A stretch of DNA of 63,802 nucleotides, counting the filler, from Bigelowiella natans CCMP2755 (lineage: Eukaryota; Protista; Cercozoa): assembly GCA_000320545.1 (NCBI GenBank). It is 3 parts of 3 records of this genome, joined end to end, with 100 filler letters (N's around TTAATTAATTAA, not from the genome) between each part and the next. Parts side by side here need not be neighbours in the genome. Positions count along the whole stretch, not along the records: positions 30,436 to 57,981 come from ADNK01000057.1; 2 more parts are not named here. One strand, written 5' to 3'. The position numbers and the translations under genes are program-made. The stretch's first letter is position 1. Every line of letters begins with the position of its first letter. The notes beneath the pieces are model-generated. The model was not told the origin of the DNA. It was given only the letters and a program-made list of their open reading frames with translations, and made no database searches. Shown here in pieces: positions 39,643 through 53,550 of this stretch.

Positions 39643-41009
39643 TCTGAATGAGTCAATACAAATTTAGTAGGAATAGCGCGATTCTTGTGAAGGGTAAAGC
39701 CCCCCATACTCTTGACTGACTTGAGATAAAAAAACTTATTTCCAGCACCATCTCACCGTTCAAAAGACAGCATTCTCTCCATTGATAAAATTTGCATAGT
39801 TCTTCTACTCATTTCTGTAAAGGCTCCCCACCCTAAACTGAATTTCCCTCAAGAAAACCTTAAAGCCTGTGGGATACACGCGGCCATTGCGGTGCGGCTT
39901 CAGATATATAACCCGCTTTGAAGCCGCATAAGAATGATAAAATTCACTACATTTAGTAATAGAGACATCGGTATCGGCATTTAAAACAGTAAAATGTCGA
40001 TCACTAGAATACAAGTTGAGAAAAGTATTTCTCAATTTTTAATCGATGATGTTTTGTGGGTCGAAATTTGCCGAAAGTACTTTCGTGGTTCATCGCAATA
40101 ATAACAACAACTTTTCATGCTCAACAGAGATTCTCGACAATAAATGATCGGAGAAACTACAGAATACAGCTGCTTGACAACAAGTTGCCCCCTCCCACGA
40201 GCTCTTTCATCCGGGTTGATGCTTCGGAGGACGGCGATCCGAGGCGCCATCTCGAGGAGGTCCGCCGCAAGCATGCTTAACGCATGGAAGATGGCGCCGA
40301 CGATAGTTTGATCCGTCGGCAGCCTCTCTTGGTCCGATTTAAGAGCAAGCACGTCGGCGTCTATATGCATTCGTTCGGGTATTAGAAACATTGAAACTTT
40401 GAATATTGACCGTAGTTGCTGCCTTCATCAGGCTGCAGGTTGGCTTGTTTCTGTCCCTTGCAGGAGGTTCTGCTGCCATCATTGGTAGGACAGCATCCTG
40501 TCTTGCAAAAATTTCATTATCGATCATCGTCGCCAACATTAGGCAGCACCTATTATTCCACGTGGCCTTCGTCGCTTCAGCGAATCGCGACCCGTGCTTG
40601 TGTCTCCACATCAGCGCGTAGCCGTAGCGGTGTCGAAAATTTAGCTGCTCACGGGAAGAAGTCGCTGGACAACATCAGGGTGGTAGTAGTATATTTCGAG
40701 AGGATATTTAGCATCATGTAATTAACGATCTACTTACCATTTGACTTTAGACCATTGCCTCCTCGGCGCTCTTCGTGGCTGGATTTTGTAGAAATAGTAT
40801 TGCTGGAGCTACGGTGCGTGCTTTCGCAATGCCGAGGTTGGTGATTGTGACATGCATCCTCTGAATATGTAGGCCATTTCATATCATAAGTGCAGATGCT
40901 TTCAAACCTCTTGAATACGTATTGCAGATATAACATGATCAACGTTTTAGGATAACATGGAAGATTTCTTAGTTGATGATTGTGTTTGTGTATGCATGTA
41001 AATATATGG

Positions 41010-42907
41010 CAGCGATGAAGAGGAACCGGTAAAAACCTCTGTTAACGAGGAATGTCGGCGAATTCTCAATGAAGCAATGGAAAACGACGAGGTAGTTAGT
41101 TAGTTATTTAGGTAGGTTGGTTACTTGTTGTCGTTCTGGTAGCTGTGGCACTCGTCGTCGTTTATACTCCTAGTGTTTGAAGGCTGGCTGGTGGATGATG
41201 ATGGTGATGGTAATGATGATACTCTCCTATCCTCCTCCTCCTCTTTCTCTCCTCCTCCTCCCAATGCAGGACATTAAAGCCGTGAAGAGGATGGGAGGTG
41301 TTTTCAACGAGATCCCCATCGAGTATAAAAATCCGCGAAGTTCACCCGGCGCTGCTCCAACGTTGTATGGCCGCGCTGTTTGGACAGATACTGCTGCTGA
41401 TGGACGACTCTTCGCTCCGCAGGTTCTTCGATATTATTGATGTTGATGAAGCTATTAGCACGCAATCTGAGGACTCTGAGAAGCACCGTGATCATGTTGA
41501 TCAGGAAAAACGCCCTGTTGTGTTTGTCGTGCATGCTGCCGTCGGCCAACAGGTAAACCATCATCGTCATCATCATCGTCATCATCATCATCATCATCAT
41601 AGTCAGTTAATACGTCCTCATTGATCATGCTTATAATCCTGATAATCTTTTCTTTACTTCTCCCTGCGCGATTTATCACCACCCCCGCCATTGCATCGAT
41701 GTGACAACAATAGGAAGATTTTATATCTTGGCGTCTCCGCTCACTCGCAGCTCTCGGATACGTCGCGTTTGCTGTGGATATGTTCGGAAGTGATAGAGGT
41801 GCTAACGATGCGTATGATTCGTTTAAGGAATAGTGAACATACTTCCATGTTTCACAGCACAGTGGAGAGGATGTTAATTGTGATGAGGGGAAGGGAAACG
41901 CGACGGCCGTGTTGCATTGTGACAAAAAATAATACTCCGTGCATGCCTTCACTCACATTTCAAATTTCTCATCAAGCGAAATTGTATCAGTATTTGATCC
42001 TACTGACACACTGCAACCGCCGTCACGAAGTTGTTATCAGATGCTGTTCCTTCTGCTTTTTCTGGACTTCTATTGCTGCTGCTGCTGCTACTACTACTAC
42101 TACTACTACTATTACTACTACTACAACAACAACGAGGCCAACATTACTCATACAATTTCTCAGCGATTTGGGACTCTCACAAGTGCAAAGATATTCGCAT
42201 GCCGCTGTATGAGGTAGTGAGGTAGTAGTAGTAGTAGTAGTAGCAGTAGCAGTGCAGTAGTAGTAAAATGCTGTTTAATGTTTTATCTTGTTTTGTATGT
42301 CTTTGGTGAGATGTCGCCTACATTACAATCACCACCACCACCACCACCATTACTACTACTACTACTACTACAAGTACCACTACCACCTTAACTCATTCAT
42401 CAGCATTAGCAGCATCAAGTTCTCTAACACGACACATAATTCAGGACCGCAGCATGGTTATCGATCGCTTTCTAGCGGGAGTCAATGCCGCAGCTACTAG
42501 AGTGCCCGTAGCTGACGTCTCCAGGTGTGCTATTATCGGGTTCTGCTTTGGAGGAATGGTAGTAGCAGCAGCAGCAGCACCACCACCACCACCAGATCTA
42601 CTATACTTCTTCGCATTTCTTCTTCTTCTTCTTCCTCTTCCTCACTAGGAACATTATCATCGGTGATTGATAGATTGATTCATCACCATCATCGTGATAT
42701 CATTCACCCGATGATGATTCAACTTGTTCTTGCTAATCGTCGATCGGTCGCAGGTGGTGCTGGATGTTGCCCGCAGTTTGAAGTTGCACGATGACTTGCA
42801 GCTGGCGATAAGCTTCCACGGAATTCTCGACGGCCCAAAGCTTTATGATCCAGAGAAACGTCCTCCTACCGAGATCGGTCATATCACGCGACCAAAGGTG
42901 ATGATAG

Positions 42908-42942
<35 letters not shown>

Positions 42943-43558
42943 GTGGGTGCTATTATTTCATAGCTCCATGATGAGATGGTTAACCATCTGATGTTTTCGT
43001 TCTTTCATCAAGGTGATGATATATCATGGGAAGGCCGATCCTTTCATACCACGAGAAAATTATGATGCGTTTGTTACGCAAATGAACGGGTACTACAGCA
43101 CGACGACAAACAACGATGATGATGATGATGATGATGATGATGAGGATGATGATATGGTATATGTCTCTGTGAATGCGTATGATTCTCCATCGTTATCGCT
43201 GTCGGTATTCTCACGTAAGATCATGATTATCTATAATTGTAAAAGCAGTCTTGGAATCGACTATACGTTGAGAGAGTTTGATGGTGTTGGCCATGCCTTC
43301 ACGCGCCCAGGCATGTTCTTCTCCTTTTATTGCTGATCAATTTCAACGGATTATTCTTCAAAAAATGTCATCAAAATTTTGTTTGCTCTCTCTCTCTCTC
43401 TCTCTCCCTCCCTCCCTCCCTCTTTTTCTCTCCCGCTTAAAGAAAAGATAACACCTTCTGACATCCGCGGGGGCTTTGGCTACGATGCGCGCGTCGCAGA
43501 AGAAACTTGGGAAGAAACGAAGTCCTTACTTCAGAAATATCTTCTTGGTCTACGTTGA
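41010..43558 (+). CDS. Dienelactone hydrolase family alpha/beta hydrolase; start codon uncertain, possibly near 40958
   Basis: RPVVFVVHAAVG, LAALGYVAFAVDMFG, nucleophile motif IIGFCFGG, AISFHG, IYHGKADPF (Asp), FDGVGHAFT (His) and YDARVAEETW. Confidence 0.9.
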
Positions 43559-43599
43559 TACACACGTTTCGACAAGAAACGTGAAAATTTTAGGTATTG

Positions 43600-44080
43600 A
43601 TGGTGACTAGCTAGCTAGCTAGCTAGACTAGCTCATCCACAAGTGATCACTAGGATGCCTTGCAAGGGAAATGTAGATCGCAGCACTTCTTGCGTGGCTA
43701 TAAGCATCTAGGTATGTGTGCGCTGCTGGTGGGCCTATAAAACTATGCCAGTCTGTCTAGCTGTGCACACATCCACAGATATCTAGATGTAGCTAGATGG
43801 AGACTCATGTTGTTGTGCAGAATTTGCATGAATCATCGGTGCCACTTCGCTCATCACCCATGCTAGCATGCATTACGGCATGATATAGCTGGATAGATAG
43901 GTGAATCTAGATGGACATGCACACGCTGCACATTGTGCTGTGTGTGCAGCCGTCACATATGCATGTATGTGTTTTGTAGCGCTAGCTCTAGATCTGCTAT
44001 GCACACTTACTGCGTGGTTTGAAGCACTATGCATCGTAAGACACAACAACCTAAACATCTAAAGCTTAGGACATGATATA
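43600..44080. other. CTAG/TGCA-rich intergenic tract between convergent 3' ends
   Basis: About 15 CTAG in about 400 bp, including a (CTAG)5 run from 43607. Confidence 0.7.
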
Positions 44081-44172
44081 GAATGATGAACAGTAGAGAA
44101 GTCTCTTGTACTGTACAATTCTTACCTTTGATCACATCATCGTACGCGAAGTTGATAGCATATAGCCGCTAT

Positions 44173-44201
<29 letters not shown>

Positions 44202-44204
<3 letters not shown>

Positions 44205-46141
44205 TCCGAATTCGTCGTCGCAGAGTCCAGGCGTGTACTCTATACAGCTGGATACGTATCACAAACACGTACACACCACACACAAAGCAAAACAACAGAT
44301 TTATGACAATGACTCCGTCCATTATTCATCCGCAACGCTCCCCGCAAACCCCTCTCGCTACTTCTTGCTCAAGCGTTGTGGGTGGAGGGAAAACAACCGA
44401 CTTTATGAATTTACACCAACTGCAGAACTCAGGATCGGTATTCTCGTAGAAAAGAGTCAGGAGGACTATGAAACCTATGCGTGCATTGTATAAAGCAGCA
44501 ACGAATGAATATTCGGAAGAAATCCTCCCAGGAGAGGGGAGGGGAGGAGAGGGAAGAAGAGGGCAAGGAGGAGAGAGTGGAGGAGGAATTCGTAACTGAT
44601 TCCTATGAGGGCAGCACTGAAGATGAAGCCTAAGTGCCTCTTCCATCCAGCCCACTATTAATTATGATGATAATGAATTGAGCGACAAGATCACCATCAT
44701 ATCAATCAAAGAACGATTAGTACATAAATACATGCACAACTTAAAATAATGCTTACACTTGATAGTTTTCAAAGATAATTGAGAGTCACTGAATATACTA
44801 CATTACTAGCTACTCACTACTACCTCATAGAATGGCAGAAAGACGTTGCCAAATAGAAGGCCTGTGGTGAATGAAGCAACATAGCAATTTATTAATGTAT
44901 AATCGTAAGAATTTTGAATATGATGTCGCTACTGCTGCTGTGATGTAAAGCTTAGAAAACACATTCTCACTTTACAATAATACCAAATAATACATATTTC
45001 CTGTTGATGTAAAAACCTGATTTTAGCGTCTGACGAAGTCATGTCGTAAAATGAAAACGATATGTTGTATACGCGCAGCAATCACCACGCTTACTATAAC
45101 ATACGATGTAGTAGTAGTAGTAGTAGTAGTAGTAGTAATAGCAGTAGTACCGAAGAAAAAACCACCACTGTGCGCCCAGTTATCAATCCAGGGAAGCTTT
45201 TCACACAGTACACATCACACACATCATGAAGATGTACATGTCGTTTGTTCGATGGATAAAACTACTACAACTACTACTACTACTACATACTACCGTTCCA
45301 AAAACCAGATAGAGAAAGGCAGAAAAAATAGCACAACTAAGTGCGGACCAACGATCTCTTAAAGCCTATTAACATATTCAGCACACGTAGTACAACTGGT
45401 GTGCGATGTTATCCATGTGTACGTGATATACAACTACGATGCTGCTGCTGCTGGTGATGATGATTTTGAACGAAAAACAATCATGAGAATGATGCTACGC
45501 ATAAAACATCTACACATGGTACCTTCCATCGATGTAGAAGATGCACGAAATCGACGCCGAGAAGGCCTACTCAGGGAACGGAGGAAGGAAAATCAAGGGG
45601 AAATAACTGAATACCCCCAGTGAAAGAACGGGCTATGGAAATGGAGATGAGTAGTCAAGGGCGCAGTTTGAGAGCAACAACAAACCGTAGATCGAAGCAG
45701 AAGCCCCCACGGAAACCTACAGCGCCAATGTTGCGATAGACACATAAATCACCAATTTGACATTGAGTTTGGGTGAACGACAGCACATAGTAAGATACTC
45801 AAATGCTGCCATTGCACTACTACTACTACTACTACTACTACTGTACTTGATCGGGAACAAAGAGAGCTGCGAACGAGAATCCTCCTGTTTCGTATCATAG
45901 TAGTAGTAGTAGAAGTAGTAGTAGTAGTAGTTTATGGCAGTATCATGGATTAGCGTTGTTTCTCCGCACATAGATTCATGCATACCATTTATGATGGCCA
46001 CAGGAAAGACGATAATGATGATGGTGATGATGATGATAATGATGATGATGGGTGTTGTTATATGATCCAAGGGAATCGATCGTGAAAGAATGAAAGAATG
46101 GTAATATTACTAAATGCACATTAAAAGCAGTTGATAAAAGA

Positions 46142-46178
<37 letters not shown>

Positions 46179-46364
46179 GGGAGGGTAGTTCTGAAAGTAC
46201 TACTACTAGTAGTAGCACCTATTCCGGATCCGATGTACATAATTGAGAACCTCCACCAACTCGATGCTTGCTCAATCTGCAATTCACGAAGAACATGATG
46301 GAAGAAATCAAACAACAACAAATAGCTAGATACTAGCAAGTGATGATAAGCCGTCCGCCCATTT

Positions 46365-46401
<37 letters not shown>

Positions 46402-46528
46402 ATCTCTCCTGTGCTCGTATGACCTCTTTCCCAAGTGATATTTGAATAAGGATATTGAAAATGAGGTGTATCACCCCAGCGTGAAGGCTATGAGGAGCGA
46501 AGAATAAGAAGACATAATTTATTGGCAG

Positions 46529-46565
<37 letters not shown>

Positions 46566-47663
46566 TATTATTGGTGCTGGTGGGGATGGTGTAAGCGCTT
46601 TACGTATACATGATCACGCTTAAAATGTGCGTGTTTTAAGAGATGAAGATGGCTGGAAACCATCATTCGAACACAAAATGATGATATATGTTATCTATTG
46701 ACGATATGCTATATGCTATTACTACTTTAACAGGTTACTTAAGAACATTACAATATCGGAAGAAAGAGGCGTTCTGCTTGCCGAGGTGGTTTCCTAATTT
46801 TACACGCAGCAGCAGCACACAAAACACAACATAATTACGTCATGCAAGATGGTGTTTCCCAGTTAGTTGTCTCTTCTCACTTTTCCTACATTAAAGATGC
46901 TCATCAATCGATTATATGAATATGAATATACTTTTATTTAGGTACCATCAAAATCACCATCATCATCATCATCATCATCACCATCATCATTATCAAACAC
47001 GTCTTCCTCTTAACAGCCAGACGCAACCGCTATAACAATGTATTCTTCCAATACAGTTTCCAACCCTGGCTCTGCATCCGCACCAAGGCCACAGATGTCA
47101 TTCAGGCAATTCACGTCGCCGCATGTTTGTGTGGAGGAATCGTCATCGTGGTATACACCGTCCAGAGCGTTGCAGTAGCTTTGCGTTTGCACAAGGCACT
47201 GTAAAAAGCAGGCACACGGGGAGGGAAAGGTGCTCATGCGGAAGAGGCTGAGTGTGCGTGCGCGCGCGCGCGCGCGTGCGTGTGTGTGTGTGAATGCTGC
47301 TGCATTCATATCATCCACCTGATATGTCGCACCGTAGCAGCAAGGACGAAGTGTCAACGTGCACGACCCGTTACATCTAAGAACCACCACCACAGCGACG
47401 ACGAGGAGGAGGAGGAGGGGAGGAGGGACGGGAGAATGTGTTCAACGAAAGGAATAACAACTAAGTATTGCTACTAATATAATGATGATGATGATGATAA
47501 TGATGATGATGATGACAATGATAGCAATGGTGAAAGAGGAAGTTCACGGGGTATTGTGTGTGTGTGCGTGTGTGTGTGCGTGTGTGTGTGCGTGTGTTGT
47601 TACTATATGCTTTTGAGCATGTATACGAGGAAGAAGAGTGAAATATATTATGTAAAAATACAA

Positions 47664-47705
<42 letters not shown>

Positions 47706-48392
47706 AGAAACCGAGAGCCTTCCCCTTGAAACATGCCATTGAAGCTGTTGCAATCGGTTTGATTCAGAACCCCACATTGCCCTGTATTTGGTTGTGTGCA
47801 CGAACAAATAAGAGGATTTTGTCGTATCTTCATGGTGTTTGTTTTATCATATCATATATCATGCGATGAGCGGCCTTTCACCCTTCTACCAAACACCAAC
47901 ACGAGTATTGGTGGGAAGGTCATTCCAAAACATACAATGAAGGCCCGATGACTGTGTTGTTGTTGATAATGGTGATGGTGATGTAGATGATATATGAAGC
48001 ACCATCTTCTTTACTAGACATAATTACCATTTAGAATGCAGCATCCAGCACGACTCTCACCTAATAAAAATTTAATTACTCACTTGTGTGTGTGTGTGTG
48101 CGCGCGCGCGCGCGGATAAGCAAGGCCCCCATTAACAAAGTTGGACCCCCCCCCCCCCCCCCCCCCCCCCCTGAACATATGCATATGCTAGTATTTTGTT
48201 CTCTACGCATCTCCACCCCTCTCCTTCTTCTCCTCCTCCTCCTCCTCCTCCTTTGCATCATTGATTACCAGCAGCGATTGATTCGTACGTATCAGTTGCT
48301 ATAGATGAGCGCATGCAGGGAGCATACTTTGCTCCCCTATCAACAACGATCATCATGAATCTTAGGATAATAATGATGAGATAGGCAGACAG

Positions 48393-48435
<43 letters not shown>

Positions 48436-48537
48436 ATCAGCTATATCTTTTTTGATGAACACGTACACGTACAGGAGAACGTATTGTATAATATCAGAAA
48501 ATGCTGCTGCTGCTTCTGCTGCTTCACACGCTGACTC

Positions 48538-48568
<31 letters not shown>

Positions 48569-48802
48569 AACGGTGCCAGCAACCAGTAACTACTACTACT
48601 ACTACTACTACTACTGCTGCTGCTGCTACTACTATTACCACTTAATGATATCGCTAACGTCCGGTCCATAAAATGGATTAGCAGAGTTTTGTATCTATAT
48701 GCATATAGAGGTGGTGGTGAAAGAAAACGGGATATCATTAACGTATTTTTTATCTATTTTATCTTTCTATGGAAGGAGGGAGGGAGAAGAGGAGAGGGAG
48801 AC

Positions 48803-48860
<58 letters not shown>

Positions 48861-50562
48861 AGCTATGATCACAATGTTGTAGAAAAGATGTGATGTGATA
48901 TAACCGTGAGTGTGGCCTCAGACCCATCAAATAATCTGTTGTCATATTTATATAAACACACATACTACTACTCAATACAGCAGTTGACGGATGGTATATC
49001 ACCTAGATTTATTGGCTGTGTGTTATCCTCCTCCCCCCCATGATCCTGCGTCTTCTTACCTGACAGTCTCTCTTGTTTCCGTGATCCCAAGACCCCATCT
49101 GTATTAATAATTTCATATAGAAGATACTTGTTGAAATGGGCTTGATGATCTGGAGTGCTAGAGAATAATCGTATTTTAACTTACTTCGCAAGGCCTCCGG
49201 GTAGCCATGGTGTTCCTTGAGGTGCAGCACGGTAATAAGGTGGGGGGGGAGAGCAGGATGCGGTAGTAGTAATGATGAAAACCATCAGAGATGACATGGA
49301 CATCAATCAATCGTAAACACGACGAATCAACTCTTCAAAAGTGCATTATTGAGACGTTGTGTAATTTTGTGGTTCTGTGCCTACAGAATGACTTTGAGGG
49401 ATGTCTGGCTAATAGATTTATAGATTATTGCCACATTTTGAGTCTTTGCATATGTTTCCCCTTCATAATTAACCTTCTAGTTTAAATAGGGCATTTCTAC
49501 AGCCCCTCTGTACCGTATCCATCATCATCATCATCATCCTCATCCTCATCCTCATCATCATCACACTCCTTTTTCTTCCTGATTTACTATTCACGTAATA
49601 TTACCAAGAATTTGCAGTAGCACGATTAAAACTTGGACAAATGAGAACGTATACGTCATAAACGGAGTCTTTGGAGCTGCTTCTGCCACCTCATCTTCAT
49701 TCACCCACTCCTGATCCTCCTTCCTCTCTCCCGTTTTTCCACGTCCTGTTCTGCTCCGTGAGCGACTAGTAGCTCTATGGTCACGACTATAGTTAGATTG
49801 TCGATGCCGCGATGTTCCTCTGCGGTGTCGGTTAAGTTCCTGTGCGTAATGACCATGGACGAGAAAGTAAAGAAACAGCGGCAAAAACATTTGCTTCTCT
49901 TAATCAATAGTTGTTATCACCTCGGCTGCAAGATGCTGGGCGAGAGCGTGGTCGCTGGACTGAAAGGGGATGTGGAATAATCAAATTCTACTATTAAATG
50001 CTGCTGGGTAAAAATTCGTTTGCTTTGCTTTCTAACTAGCACAACATCACCATCATGTCATTTCTCCACCAATCATTCTCATCGTTATTATCCTTATTAT
50101 TTCTTCAAAACGCAAAAAAAATGTAGTCTTACTTGAGCCGCAGATACAACCACTGTCTCCCCCCTGGTAATGGTATTGAAAGGCCACATCAAGTATAGCA
50201 TGAAACGTGTGTTGCTGTCATGAAGTATGCGTTGCTATAGTTCTCTCTTTATTACATTGGAAGCATTTCAACGTGCCCGGACATTCCGTTGGGCGAAGAA
50301 CGATAGTTGGGGTGGTAAGGAGGTGCTTGGAGGAGCTGATTAGAGGGGGGGACGCCAGGAGGGGGTTGTGGTCTTTGCTCCTCAGTATCTCCTGGAGATT
50401 GAAGTGATGTTTGGGCACGTAGCGCAGGGCGTGGTAGAGAGCCTTGTGACTGTGGCCGAGGTACAGAAGGGGGGCGCGGCTGGAGGCAAAATAAGATTAA
50501 GTGACTCTAAGCTCGTTGGTTTTCTAACACTTACTGCACAACACGACTACCTGAGATGACAT
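44202..50562 (-). CDS. Rhomboid-family intramembrane serine protease with a Cys-rich luminal (iRhom-homology-like) domain
   Basis: Pro-rich N-terminus, PFMTYTFSFVQV (TM1), NPFYGPDVSDIIKWGAKYAPCMR, LRPCCYG...CNALDGVYH...TCGDVNCLNDICGL, LHAGVIHLIFN, SWWRFSIMYIGSGIG, VSVGAS, LPWIDNWAHSGGFFFG and FCSWCKFI.CI. Confidence 0.88.
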
Positions 50563-50994
50563 GCGTGATTTCCCGCCTCCTCTTAATGCAGATGAAAGTA
50601 GTGGATGCGCTCTTGTTCTTCGTGCTGCTATTCTATCGGAAGCAAGCAGGGGAGGAGCAGCAACTACCGGAACATCTACACAAAATGAGAATAATAGTCA
50701 ATAATTCCAAGTCGTAGGTCCAAAATTGCATGTATTTTCAGTGTTCTTAAAAAAGAAGAAGTTTGTGTTCTGTGCTCCACCATCTTTGTCGGTGCAGTTT
50801 TGCAGATAATCACTTGTCGCAGGGGCAATTTCCACACTGCATCCAGAAAGAAGAAGGGAAATTCATCATGCGACATGAAGAGAACATTGTCGCACCAGGT
50901 TATTGTTCGGCCGTCCGTGGTAATTGTTCGGAACCAGATAGGACAGCATTGACATTTATGATATGAGCCCCAAGAAGAAGCGCTCTGGGCCTCT

Positions 50995-52518
50995 ATGATG
51001 GATGCTGCATGTCTAAGGAGCGCTTCGCTAGGATCTGGCCTCCCTCTCCTCCTAGCCTTACTCGTGATTCCTTACCATTTTCTTCCTCTACTTCAACGTA
51101 CCAGTTCTTGCCCATTCTCTTCTCTTTTTCAAAGTGTGCGTTTTTCCGGCCTGATTTACGTGATGTCATTTCCTACAGTGGGGGCGTTTAATTCGAGATC
51201 TTCGACGCGACGAGCGAAGTGGCCGCGTCGACCGCCTAATCCACCTCCGCCGTCACAACCACCATCGATGCCGCGATTTATGGCGGTTCTTTTGCACAAG
51301 CCGGTTGGATGCGTTACCACTCACAGAGATAACGTCATTCCGCAGTTTTTGCCTGGTATCAATAATTTTTTCGCTCGTACTTATCCATTTCTTCCTCTTA
51401 CAATGATTCTTCTGAGTGCTGTTTAAATATAACGGTGTCGGCTTCCGTTCCCTTGATGTAATGTAGAAGCAGGATCTGTGAGCGGCGAGGAAAGTTGTAC
51501 ACGGAAAACCGTTTATGATTTACTTCCTGAGCACTTGTTGGACGATTGTGGTCAAGGTGAAAGTAAGGGAAACAAACCAAAATGGCATGCTGTTGGTCGC
51601 CTCGACGTGAAAACAAGTTCGTCACCCCTTATTCATAATAAGAGCAGCCTATCTATCTTTATGGATGATGATAGGACGATAGGCCTTATTCACTTGTTTG
51701 TATGTGTGTTTGTCGCATAATTTCGATGAATACAGGCGGGTTATTGATTATAACGAACGATGGAGGACTTGTCCACCATGTTACAAATCCTAAAAGTTCC
51801 AACGCCCACCCTGAAAAAAAACAAAACGTGAGTAGTAGTAAGTAGAGGTAGTTGCAGAAGAAGTGGGGTTGTGTCGGTAATTGCTTCTTTCTTTAAAGAT
51901 GTCATGTGTGTCATAGGTTGCTTCATGTAAGCTTATGTGCTTTAATACATGCGTGGAAGCAGAATTTTTCCATAGTCTAACGTTGTTTTCTTTTTTGCAA
52001 ATAATTTCATGCGAAGATATGGAAGACCTATCGCGCGCTTTGCATGGGACACTTAAATGAAAGCACGATGCAACAGCTACGGGATGGTGTTGACCTAAAG
52101 GGAGGTCTTGGATGCTCTTCGCCTGCGAGAGTAGAGCTTGAAGCCTACGAAGGCAACACAAAAACTCGACTACTCATCCAGATCAATGAAGGCAAAAATC
52201 GGCAAATCAGGTGCCAGCTGTAAGAGATGAGACGCAAGAACATCCTAACTTGTTAAGTCATAAAAATGAAGCAAAATGATAGTTTGTACAGATTATGTTG
52301 ATACGTGTCGATACACAGGCGCATGTTGCACTCGGTGCATTCAGGTGTGATTGCTCTTGAGAGAATATCGATTGGAAATATCACGATGGAGGGCGTCGAA
52401 GAACCAGGTCAGATATTAACAACATCCAGTTGTAGCTGAAGCCTAAAATATTGTGAGCACTTTTTACCGATATTTTTTTTTTCCTGGTGATATTGACGCA
52501 GATCTTAGTACCAAGTGT

Positions 52519-52561
<43 letters not shown>

Positions 52562-52910
52562 AGTAGCTGAACAACAACATTACTCAGGCTCATGGCGATT
52601 TCTGAGTGACGCTGAAGTTCTGACGCAACTCGACTACGATCCAGCAACACGCTACTACGCATACATCGACAACCAAAATCCCCATGGAAGTAGTACCAAA
52701 GTAAAAGTACAACAGCCACGGTGGCATCAAGATCAGCCAGCAAAAAACTCTTCGAAAGTAGACAAAAAAGTTGGTGTTCGAAAATATAAAAGCGATGGCT
52801 ACAAAAATATAGACGGACAATTTGTAGATAGCAAAAGGAGAACGCGCGGCCGCTATCAGCTACCGTCCCACCGCCGCTCGCTTGATAGAAGGAAGAAAAA
52901 GTTTAGTTAA
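50995..52910 (+). CDS. RsuA/RluB/E/F-family rRNA pseudouridine synthase with a signal-peptide-like N-terminus (probably plastid-targeted)
   Basis: LLHKPVGCVTT, RKTVYDLL, catalytic HAVGRLD, GLLIITNDGGLVHHVTNP, EGKNRQIRRM, LERISIG and GSWRFLSDAEV; hydrophobic N-terminus LPLLLALLVI. Confidence 0.9.
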
Positions 52911-53550
52911 ATGATAAAATGTGAGAACTTCGTATTCGCTATGCGATTGGCACTCGCTAATGAGCATGGCTATGCACATACCAGGCTATCCAGGCTATCA
53001 GGCGGAGCGCAGTGCATGATGTGTGCATTTATTTGTGTGCCATGAATACTCACATCTAGACATACAGACCTAGAGACAACACTAGAACAGCCAGTGCTAG
53101 AGTGCAGCGGCTAGTGTTGTATTGTGTCGATCTGGGTGCGTGTGCATCATTCTAGCAGGTTACATGCAGCACATTGTCAAAGACGCTACAATAGGATGAC
53201 AATTGAAAATATTAACATATTCATTAATTATAGACACGTAATATCATTACGATGCTTTATCTGTAATATTACATCCGCCTTATCTATTTATATGTAGTCA
53301 AAGACGTGGCGAGTTTGCGACGCCTTGCAGTGCTTAATCATTGATTCGAGACCTCAGCGCATTATAATCCGTATCAACCAGATCTATTTGTAGGACAGAC
53401 TTGGGAAAGGCTAGAAGGGAACAAGATCAATGAGAGATGATCATAGCTCCTCGCATACAGCATGCCTGCTAGCCTGGTCATATATGCTGATGCAAATATC
53501 GTCTAGCTACACAAATGCTATGCGTCGTGACTATAATAATGCAAAATTCA

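Noticed and set aside
40032-40942. Possible minus-strand spliced gene upstream of the dienelactone hydrolase
   Set aside because: GC-rich blocks and a good donor near 40737 exist, but there is no consistent frame or family match.
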